A DNA stretch of 64,000 nucleotides, taken from an uncultured Actinomycetes bacterium (lineage in GTDB: Bacteria; Actinomycetota; Thermoleophilia; Gaiellales; Gaiellaceae). The stretch is taken from the NCBI GenBank assembly GCA_963736295.1, contig CAVTOH010000002.1, positions 145,822 to 209,821 on the forward strand, written 5' to 3'. Of the stretch, positions 9,662 to 16,857 are shown one piece after another (the first letter of the stretch is position 1; every line of letters begins with the position of its first letter). Both the position numbers and the translations under genes were made by a program. A model generated the notes under the pieces. That model saw nothing but the letters and a program-made list of their open reading frames with translations. It ran no database searches and was not told the origin of the DNA.

Positions 9662-10354
9662 ATGGCCACGAACACGCTCTCCATCCTCAAGCCGAGCGTC
9701 AACAACCTGACGACTCGGATCTTCGTCCGGGCCGCCGGCCTCGAGTTCGAGGAGCTCGACGTCTGGGGGAAGAAGTCGACGCCCGAGTTCCTCGCGAAGG
9801 ACCCCGCCGACCTCACCCCGCTGCTCGAGGAGTCGGGGCTGCCGAAAGGCGCACTCTGGGAGAGCTGCGCGATCATGCAGTACCTCTGCAACAAGCACGG
9901 CCTCGACCGCTTCTACCCGACCGATCCTGCGGAGCGCGCGATGGTGGACAGCGCGATGTTCTACTTGATCGGAACCCTCTATCCGCTGCTCGCACGGGCC
10001 ACCTACCCGGCGTTGGGCTTCCCGCAGTACCCGGGCGAGGTCGCGACGGCCGATGTCTCGGACGAACTGAAGGAGCAGGCACAGAAGGACGCCGAGGCCG
10101 CGCTTGCCGGGCCGCTCGACGTGTACCACGGGTTCTTCCTCGACGGGAAGCAGTTCATCGGCGGCGACTCACCGTCGATTGCAGACATCCGCTTCGCCGC
10201 GACGCTCGAGTTCCTGCGCGCGATCGACTACGACTTCCCGGCCTGGGCCGAGGAATACATGTCGGCGATGGAGTCGGCGCTCGGGGACGCGTACTCCGAG
10301 CCGGCGGCGGACGTGCGCGGATACATCGACTACGTGAAGTCGCAGAGCTCGTAG
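9662..10354 (+). CDS. Glutathione S-transferase family protein
   Basis: 230 aa. N-terminal thioredoxin-like part (LWESCAIMQYLCNKHG) and helical C-terminal domain. ATG preceded by AGGAGGA. Confidence 0.7.
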   Translation: MATNTLSILKPSVNNLTTRIFVRAAGLEFEELDVWGKKSTPEFLAKDPADLTPLLEESGLPKGALWESCAIMQYLCNKHGLDRFYPTDPAERAMVDSAMFYLIGTLYPLLARATYPALGFPQYPGEVATADVSDELKEQAQKDAEAALAGPLDVYHGFFLDGKQFIGGDSPSIADIRFAATLEFLRAIDYDFPAWAEEYMSAMESALGDAYSEPAADVRGYIDYVKSQSS

Positions 10355-10946
10355 AGGAGAACCGCGACGAGCTGAGCTGCTCGCGGTGCATCGAAGGCCT
10401 CGACCGCCCGGCGCAGTCGACGCCGGGCGGTCGCAGCTTCACTCTCCCGTAGCCTGGGATCAGGACCTGATTGATGACGTGGATGACGCCGTTCGACGCG
10501 GCCACGTCCGTCTTCACGACCCGGGCGTCGCCGACGAAGACCTTCCGTCCTGCGACTCGGATTCGGACGGTCTGTCCGTTGAGGGTCTTGGCCGCGCGCA
10601 GCTTGACCACCTTCGCCGCAGGGACCTTGCCCGCGAGCACGTGATACAGGAGGACCGACCTGAGCTTCGCCCGGTCGGCGCCGAGCGCAGCAAGCGTCGA
10701 CTTGGGCACCTTGGCGAATGCCGCGTCGGTCGGAGCCAGGACCGTGAACGGCCCCTTGCCCCGGAGCACGCCGACGAGGCCGGCTTTCTTCAGCAGCGAC
10801 GCCAGCGTCGTGAACTGGCCGGCGCCGACGGCCGTCGAGACGATGTCGCCTTCCTTTCGCGCGTCCGCGGAGGCCGGCGAGCCCGCCGTCGCGACCGTGA
10901 CGGCCGTGACGGCGAGGAGCGCGAGGATGAAGCGTGACTTTCTCAT
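10155..10946 (-). CDS. Secreted fasciclin (FAS1) domain protein; 3-prime end doubtful
   Basis: Signal peptide MRKSRFILALLAVTAVTVATAGSPASA. FAS1 motifs FTVLAPTDAAF and NGVIHVINQVLIP. After VLIPGYGR the frame stays open about 290 nt through the hairpin and overlaps the GST gene. Confidence 0.7.
   Translation of the reverse strand: MRKSRFILALLAVTAVTVATAGSPASADARKEGDIVSTAVGAGQFTTLASLLKKAGLVGVLRGKGPFTVLAPTDAAFAKVPKSTLAALGADRAKLRSVLLYHVLAGKVPAAKVVKLRAAKTLNGQTVRIRVAGRKVFVGDARVVKTDVAASNGVIHVINQVLIPGYGRVKLRPPGVDCAGRSRPSMHREQLSSSRFSSTSSATSRSRCIRARPPPARSTRPRAPTPSPTCIPRPRPGSRSRSRAGTRASRRSGCLQSTVSRRR
10402..10432. terminator. Perfect 12-bp stem-loop between convergent genes (candidate bidirectional terminator)
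   Basis: GACCGCCCGGCG-cagtcga-CGCCGGGCGGTC read directly from the sequence. No U-tract. Confidence 0.5.
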
Positions 10947-10961
10947 GTCGATGAGTCCTTT

Positions 10962-11234
10962 CTAGTTGTTCATTTGGCGTTCTCGGATCAGTGCGACGCC
11001 GACGAGGGCGTCGTGGGGCGGGTGAGGGCCGAGTGGCTGAGTCACCAGCGAGACGACGCCGTAGACGCCCGCGAGACCGACGAGGCCGTAGACGATCCGG
11101 CTCGCGGCGTTCGTCTCGCCGAACTCCAGGCCGAAGATCGCCGCGACGAGATCGAACTCGGCGATCGCGACGAGACCCCAGTTGAGCGCGCCGACCAGCA
11201 CGAGCGCAACGGCGAGCAGATCGAGCTTCTTCAC
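10962..11234 (-). CDS. DUF378-type small membrane protein
   Basis: MKKLDLLAVALVLVGALNWGLVAI...IVYGLVGLAGVY, the characteristic two-helix DUF378 pattern. Confidence 0.7.
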   Translation of the reverse strand: MKKLDLLAVALVLVGALNWGLVAIAEFDLVAAIFGLEFGETNAASRIVYGLVGLAGVYGVVSLVTQPLGPHPPHDALVGVALIRERQMNN

Positions 11235-11297
11235 TTTCGTATCACCTCCTGTATAGAATTTGTACAGAGCCAGGAAGGTAGCACTGGACCACTCGTC

Positions 11298-11328
11298 TTG
11301 TCAAGGTTTCGTCTAGATTCTGTATGTT
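11298..11328 (+). promoter_or_regulatory. Candidate MerR-type promoter (TTGTCA - 19 bp - TATGTT), giving a near-leaderless transcript
   Basis: Hexamers and a 19-nt spacer counted directly. The -10 ends 6 nt before ATG 11335. The local AT-rich island is unusual for this DNA. Confidence 0.3.
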
Positions 11329-11334
11329 TCCGCC

Positions 11335-12238
11335 ATGTCGGAAACGTCACATCTGCGAATCGGTGAGCTCAGCTGGCGTTCCGGCGTGAGTCCCGAGCTG
11401 CTCCGGGCCTGGGAGCGGCGGTACGGCCTGCTCGAACCCGTACGCTCGCCCGGAGGTCTCCGCCTCTACTCGCTGGCGGATCTCGAGCGTGTACGCGTCA
11501 TGCGGCAGCACCTGGCCGAGGGGCTCGCTGCGGCGGAGGCGGCTGCGGCAGCTGTGCGAACGCTCCGGCGAGGACACTTCGACCGTTTCGGTCCGCACGC
11601 CTGCGGTGGTCCTCGACGAGCTCGCGGCAGCGCTCGAGGGCTTCGACGAGCCTCGAGCGCAGGCGATCCTCGACCGGCTGCTCGCCGAGACGACTCTGGA
11701 CGCGTTCCTATCCGAGATCGTGATGCCGTACCTGCACGACCTGGGAGACCGGTGGGAACGGGGCGAGACCACTGTCGCACAGGAGCACTTCGCCTCGAAC
11801 GTGCTCCGCGGGCGCTTGCTCGGGCTGGCACGGAGCTGGGGGCGCGGGGTCGGGCCGCGGGCGCTCCTCGCGTGCGCCCCGGGAGAGCAGCACGAGCTGG
11901 GGTTGATCGCCTTCGGACTCGCCCTGCGCGCCCACGGCTGGAGGATCGAGTACCTGGGAGCGGACACGCCGCTCGAGACGGTCGGTGACGTCGCAGACTC
12001 GCTCGGGGTCGATCTCGTCGTCGTGAGCACCGTGACGCCCGAGCGGATCGGAGGGCTTGCAACGCAACTGAGGCAGATCTCGCAAAGGCGCAGGCTCGCG
12101 ATCGGCGGCGCCGGGGCCGAAGGGGTGGACACCACCGCACTCGAAGCACTCGCACTGATCGACGATCCGGTCCGCGAGGCAGAGCGGGTAACCGCCCTCG
12201 TCCTCGCACCGGAGCCCGGGCGTGCGCGATCGTCCTGA
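11335..12238 (+). pseudogene. CarH/LitR-type MerR-family regulator with cobalamin-binding domain, one frame change near 11560-11590
   Basis: MerR HTH (LRIGELSWRSGVSPELLRAWERRYGLLEPVRSPGGLRLYS) is in the frame of ORF 11335. The B12 domain is in the frame of ORF 11489, with W-x9-EH (WERGETTVAQEH) and E-x-H-x-x-G (EQHELG). Confidence 0.8.
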
Positions 12239-12410
12239 CGGCTGGAGCTCGCTACACACGCAGCGGCGCGGATGGGACGTTCGACTCCGTGCAGCGCGCA
12301 CGCTCCGCCCGACCCGCCGTCGAGAGGTCCGACCATGGGGCGAAGGCTGCTCGGGCGGCGGTACTGGCAAGAGACCGCTCGTGCCGGCAGGGGCGTCGTG
12401 CACTGCCGCC

Positions 12411-13595
12411 ATGAGACCGGATGGAGTCGAGTTGCGCCTCCTGAGACATGGCCCCGTTCTCCTCAGCTTTCGACTGGCCGAGACGTCCTTCGACGACGAT
12501 CGGGTGAGCTGCAGCTACGCGATCAGCGGAGGGCTACTCGCCCGCCGGGAAGGCGGCGTGTTGATCCTCTCGCAGACCGGACGCGATGAGGTCGAGCTGC
12601 GCACGACGGTGACCGGGTATGCCCCGCGGCTGGGGGCCACGCTCGGCTCTCTGCAACAGCGCATTCACGCGACGATCAGTCGGCGCTACTTCGCCCGGCT
12701 CATCTCGGGACGCGGTCGTGACGGTCGCAGTGCTGGGCGCCACAGGAGTGATCGGCAGGGCTCTACGTCCGGGAGCTCGCCGGGTCCGAGGAGGTGGTGG
12801 CCGTGTCACGTCGGCCTGCTGGCCCAGAGGTGTGCCGGAGTGCGGGCGCTCTCAGCCGACGTCACGGACGCAACGGCCGTTCGGCAGGCGCTCGAGGGCG
12901 TCGAGGTTGACTTCTACCTCGTTCACTCCTCGGCTCTCCGGACTACGCGGCAATCGACGCCTGGCCGGAGACGGTCGCCCGCAAAGCCGAGAGCGCCGGC
13001 GTCTCACATTTCGTATACCGCGGCGGACTCGGCGACGAGCAAGCCGACCTCTCGCCGCACCTCCGGAGCAGGCTGAAACGGCCTAGCGCTCTCGTCCGGT
13101 GCTGTTCCGGTCACCACGCTGCGGGCCGCCGTCGTGATCGGCCGTGGCAGCGCCGCGTTCGAGACCATCGTCTCGCTCGTCGATCGGCTGCCGGCGATGA
13201 TCGCGCCGAGATGGGTGACGACACCGACCCAGCCCATCGCTCTCGAGGACGTCGTTAGCTATCTCCTCGGGGTTGCCCGCCTGCCGGAGGCTCTTGGTCA
13301 GAGCTTCGACGTCGGCGGCCCCGAGGTTCTCACCTATCGGGAGATGATTGAGCGAGTAGCCCGCGTTCGCGGTCGGCGGCGTCTCATCGTGGAGGTCCCC
13401 GTGTTGAGCCCACGGCTCTCGTCGTACTGGCTCCACCTGGTCACTCCGGTGAGGGCAGCTGTCGCACGTCCGCTGATCGAGGGACTTCGTAACCCGACGG
13501 TCGTGCAAGACGATCGTTTACGCGCTCTGCTCCCCTTCCCGCTTACCTCCTTCGACGACGCAGCCCGCGCTGCTCTCTCGCGCCCTGCGGCGTGA
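12411..13595 (+). pseudogene. NAD(P)-binding SDR/NmrA-like protein, at least five frame changes
   Basis: Conserved pieces are spread over all three frames: VTVAVLGATGVIGRAL, LYVRELAGSEEVVAVSRRPA, SADVTDATAVRQALEGVEVDFYLVHS, GSPDYAAIDAWPETVARKAESAGVSHFVY, ALSSGAVPVTTLRAAVVIGRGSAAFE...PRWV...FDVGGPEVLTYREM. Confidence 0.75.
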
Positions 13596-13630
13596 GGGCA
13601 TTCAAGAAGTCGAGCTCTCGTCGCGATCGC

Positions 13631-14290
13631 CTACCGCACAGCGTCCGGCTCGAAGAGTCCGGTCTGGTAGGCAAGCACGACTGCTTGCACGCGGTCCCGG
13701 AGGCCGAGCTTCTGGAGGATGTGCGTGACGTGCGTCTTGACGGTCGTCTCGCTGATGTAGAGCTCGTCGCCGATCTCGGCGTTGGAGAGGCCACGAGCCA
13801 GCAAACGGAAGACGTCAAGTTCGCGCTCGCTGAGCTGCTCGACTTCCTTCGGAGGAGCCGGACGCGGCATGCGCGCGAACCTCTGGATCACGCGTCTCGT
13901 GATCGTCGGCGAGAGGAGCGCATCGCCCTCGGCGACAGTCCGGATCGCTGCGATCAGCTGCTCCGGAGAGTCGTCCTTGAGGACGAAGCCGCTCGCACCG
14001 ATTCGCAACGCCTCGAAGACGTATTCGTCGAGGTCGAACGTCGTGAGAATGAGAATCCGCGCGCCGTTGTCGGACGCGAGGATGCGTCGGGTCGCCTCGA
14101 GACCGTCGAGCTCGGGCATGCGGATGTCCATCAGGACGACGGCGGGATGAAACCGCGCGGCCTTGTCTACGGCCTCGAGCCCGTTGCTCGCCTCGGCCAC
14201 CACTTCCATGTCGTCCTCGCCGGCGAGCAACATGCGAAAACCGGCGCGCACCATCGACTGGTCGTCGGCGACGAGTACACGGATCGTCAT
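13631..14290 (-). CDS. Two-component response regulator, NarL/LuxR (FixJ) family
   Basis: Receiver domain (VLVADDQSMVRAG...VLMDIRMPELDG) plus LuxR HTH (LSERELDVFRLLARGLSNAEIGDELYISETTVKTHV). Confidence 0.9.
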   Translation of the reverse strand: MTIRVLVADDQSMVRAGFRMLLAGEDDMEVVAEASNGLEAVDKAARFHPAVVLMDIRMPELDGLEATRRILASDNGARILILTTFDLDEYVFEALRIGASGFVLKDDSPEQLIAAIRTVAEGDALLSPTITRRVIQRFARMPRPAPPKEVEQLSERELDVFRLLARGLSNAEIGDELYISETTVKTHVTHILQKLGLRDRVQAVVLAYQTGLFEPDAVR

Positions 14291-15474
14291 CGTTCGTCCT
14301 GGCCGAGCGGGAGGCGCGTACTAAGGACGAAACCGCCCTCGGTCGCCGTACCCGCACTCATCTCACCGCCGTAGATCTTGACCCGCTCCCGGACGCCGAC
14401 GAGACCGTGCCCGAGGCCGTCCGTCGTCGAGCTGCCCTCGCCGTTGTCCCGTATCTCGATCTCCAGCTCGTCCGGCCGATAGCGAACGATCACGTCCGCA
14501 TCGCTCGCGTGCGCGTGCTTAAGCGCGTTTGTCAGGCCTTCCTGGACTATGCGATAGGCGGAGAGGTCGATCCCTCGAGGAAGCGGGAAGGGCTCGCCGT
14601 CGACATGGAGCTCGACGGGCAGTCCCGCGCGGCCGATCTCGCCGAGCAATGAGTCGAGGCCGTCGAGGCCGGGCTGGGGCAGGAGCTCCGCCTCGTCCCC
14701 GTCGCGGCGCATGGCGGCGAGGAGACGACGCATCTCGGCAAGGGCTGTCCGGCCTGCCCGCTCGACGCTCCTCAGGGCGTCGCGGTCTTCGGCCATTGCG
14801 TCCGGGAGCTTGTGCCTCACGGCGCCCACCTGGAGCACCATGACGCTGACGGCGTGGGCGACGATGTCGTGAAGCTCGCGGGCGATCCGCGAGCGCTCCT
14901 CTGCCACCGCGACGCGTGCCGCCGACTCCCTGTCGCGCTCGGCTCTGGCCGCTCGTTCTTCTGCCGCTTCGGCCTGCTCGGCACGCTCACGCATCGCATA
15001 GCCCGCGATCCAGGCGACCACGAATCGGAGGGAGATGAAGACGAAGTCGCTGACCAACACTGCACCAGGGATGTTCTGGACCACGATCACGATCCCGACG
15101 ACGACGATGAGCAGGCCGGCCCCCGCTTTCATCGGATCCCGCAGGTTCCCGAGGAGGAACGCGGTTGCCAACCCGACGAGACCGAGGCTGCCGATGAACG
15201 GAATCAGCGCTCCGTCGACGTACGAGAGCCCCGCGGCCAGGAGCCAGTAGCTCGCCGGTGCGGCAAAAGGAAAGCGCCGACGCGCCAAGAGCGGCAGCAC
15301 GAGCACGGCCAACATGAGTACGCCGACCCACAGCGTCGTGGGCGGCGCGCCCGGCGAGTCGCGTGCGACGACGAGCTCGAGCATGCCCGCGATCAACATG
15401 ACCGCGATGAGCAACTCGAACCAGTACGTACGCGCCACGGAGCGGATCTGGATCACGAGCTGAACGTACCGCAC
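14287..15474 (-). CDS. Sensor histidine kinase, HisKA_3 class (LiaS/DesK/NarX-like), polytopic N-terminus
   Basis: H-box RIARELHDIVAHAVSVMVLQ and HATPase_c motifs (QEGLTNALKHA, DNGEG, GHGLVGVRERV). Overlaps the regulator start by 4 nt. Confidence 0.9.
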   Translation of the reverse strand: MRYVQLVIQIRSVARTYWFELLIAVMLIAGMLELVVARDSPGAPPTTLWVGVLMLAVLVLPLLARRRFPFAAPASYWLLAAGLSYVDGALIPFIGSLGLVGLATAFLLGNLRDPMKAGAGLLIVVVGIVIVVQNIPGAVLVSDFVFISLRFVVAWIAGYAMRERAEQAEAAEERAARAERDRESAARVAVAEERSRIARELHDIVAHAVSVMVLQVGAVRHKLPDAMAEDRDALRSVERAGRTALAEMRRLLAAMRRDGDEAELLPQPGLDGLDSLLGEIGRAGLPVELHVDGEPFPLPRGIDLSAYRIVQEGLTNALKHAHASDADVIVRYRPDELEIEIRDNGEGSSTTDGLGHGLVGVRERVKIYGGEMSAGTATEGGFVLSTRLPLGQDER

Positions 15475-15487
15475 GGTCTCACGACGC

Positions 15488-15586
15488 GCCTCCTACCCGA
15501 GTAGGAGCCGGAATCGTCGAGTCGTCGGAGTTCGATTCCGGCCTTCCGACGAGGCGCTCTGCGCAACCGCCTCCTAGCGTCGAGCA
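15488..15586 (+). promoter_or_regulatory. Conserved ~99-nt upstream element, copy A (divergent kinase/CPBP intergenic region)
   Basis: Gap-free hand alignment to 16500-16598, about 72 of 99 identical. Shared blocks: GAGTAGGAG, CGAATCGTCG, TCGGA, a 17-nt identical core CCGGCCTTCCGACGAGG, and CTCCTAG-N-GTCGAGC. Confidence 0.5.
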
Positions 15587-15614
15587 CTGGAATCGACCTG
15601 AAAGGAGGACGCTC

Positions 15615-16415
15615 ATGAGCGTCTCACTTCCACTCACAGCCACTGCCCGCTCCGACGCCGCAGTTTCGAGCGTCGAGATTCCGCAGCTGCGGATCGGCAG
15701 GATCTTCGCCGTCTGGGCGGCCGCCGCGCTCCCCATGGCAGCACTCGCCTGGCTCGTTGCGCCGATGCTCGAGGACCGGTTCGCCGGGGACGGCGTAGTG
15801 CCGATGGCGAAGGCGCTGATGGTGTGTCTCACCATCGGTCTCGTCTGGCAGTTCGCGCTCGTCGCGATCCTCGTTGGCCGCGAGCAGGGAACGCTCCGCT
15901 GGTCGACGGTCCGCGACGCTCTCTGGCTGCGCTCGCCGCGAAGCCCGCGGAGCGGCCGCGTCGGCGGCCGGGTGTGGCTCGTCCTCATTCCGTTGATCGT
16001 GGCCTTCGGAGCCGTGCACGAGCTGGTCCCGACCTTCGCTGCTCCCGAGAACCGCGACCTCGCCAGGCTCGTCGAGTCGGACGTCGGCAAGGCGTTCCTG
16101 GACGGCGCATGGGGTTGGTACGGCCTCCTCCTCGTCATGTTTCTCTTCAACACAGCCCTCGGCGAGGAGCTTCTCTTCCGCGGATACCTCTTGCCACGCA
16201 TGAACGGCGCCTTCGGACGCGGCGACTGGGTCGCGAACGGCCTGCTCTTCACCGGCTACCACCTCCATGTGCCGTGGGGGATGCCGGGCGCGCTGTTCGA
16301 CATGTTCATCCTCGCCTATCCGTCGAAGCGCTACCGAAGCGCGTGGATCGGAATCGCCGTCCACAGCGCGCAGAGCGTGGTCTTCGCGATCCTCGTGCTC
16401 ACGCTCGTCGTCTGA
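15615..16415 (+). CDS. CPBP-family intramembrane glutamic endopeptidase (CAAX protease/Abi family)
   Basis: Motifs EELLFRGYLLP, FTGYHL and HSAQSVVF in a polytopic protein. AAAGGAGG Shine-Dalgarno before the ATG. Confidence 0.8.
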   Translation: MSVSLPLTATARSDAAVSSVEIPQLRIGRIFAVWAAAALPMAALAWLVAPMLEDRFAGDGVVPMAKALMVCLTIGLVWQFALVAILVGREQGTLRWSTVRDALWLRSPRSPRSGRVGGRVWLVLIPLIVAFGAVHELVPTFAAPENRDLARLVESDVGKAFLDGAWGWYGLLLVMFLFNTALGEELLFRGYLLPRMNGAFGRGDWVANGLLFTGYHLHVPWGMPGALFDMFILAYPSKRYRSAWIGIAVHSAQSVVFAILVLTLVV

Positions 16416-16440
16416 AAGCACCGCGTCCCTGACCAGACCA

Positions 16441-16470
16441 AGTCCTGCGGGCAGTCGGGCTCGCAGGACT
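16441..16470 (+). terminator. Stem-loop after the CPBP gene (candidate intrinsic terminator)
   Basis: AGTCCTGCG-ggcagtcgggct-CGCAGGACT followed by TGGTCATTTTG. Confidence 0.5.
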
Positions 16471-16499
16471 TGGTCATTTTGTGCGGGGTATCGCTGGGT

Positions 16500-16598
16500 G
16501 CCTCCGTCCTGAGTAGGAGACCGAATCGTCGCCGGGTCGGACTGCGAATCCGGCCTTCCGACGAGGTCGCCGCGACGAGACGCTCCTAGGGTCGAGCC
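16500..16598 (+). promoter_or_regulatory. Conserved ~99-nt upstream element, copy B (before the small ORF and MMPL gene)
   Basis: Paralogue of 15488-15586 (see that feature). Lies directly after the terminator-like hairpin, so it probably heads its own transcription unit. Confidence 0.5.
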
Positions 16599-16643
16599 AT
16601 GCACTTCGACCCACTCGCACGAGCCGCAGCAGAAGGAGGAGCC

Positions 16644-16844
16644 ATGACGCGCACACTGACCGAGAGCCGCGAGCTCGCCGCCCGCGAGAGCGACGGGATC
16701 CACGTCCTCTTGCTCTGGCACCCGGACGAGAACGCGCTGACCGTGTCTGTCGAGGATGGCCGCGACGGAGAGCAGTTCCAGATCGCGGTTGCGCCCGACC
16801 GTGCCCTCGACGCCTTCTACCACCCGTTCGCCTACGCGGCCTGA
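16644..16844 (+). CDS. Small conserved hypothetical protein (66 aa, soluble) preceding the MMPL gene
   Basis: ATG at 16644 follows GAAGGAGGA. Sequence ...IHVLLLWHPDENALTVSVEDGRDGEQFQIAVAPDRALDAFYHPFAYAA. An upstream in-frame ATG at 16599 has no Shine-Dalgarno. Confidence 0.6.
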   Translation: MTRTLTESRELAARESDGIHVLLLWHPDENALTVSVEDGRDGEQFQIAVAPDRALDAFYHPFAYAA

Positions 16845-16857
16845 AAGGAGAACAGTC

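Noticed and set aside
15524-15546. tRNA T-arm-like sequence (TCGGAGTTCGATTCCGG) inside leader copy A
   Set aside because: - No acceptor, D or anticodon arms can be folded around it.
- The paralogous copy B has a different loop (CTGCGAA).
- It is a simple hairpin of the conserved leader, not a tRNA or tRNA fragment.
16599-16643. Longer 81-aa form of the small protein starting at ATG 16599
   Set aside because: - There is no Shine-Dalgarno.
- The ATG abuts the conserved leader element.
- ATG 16644, by contrast, follows GAAGGAGGA at ideal spacing.
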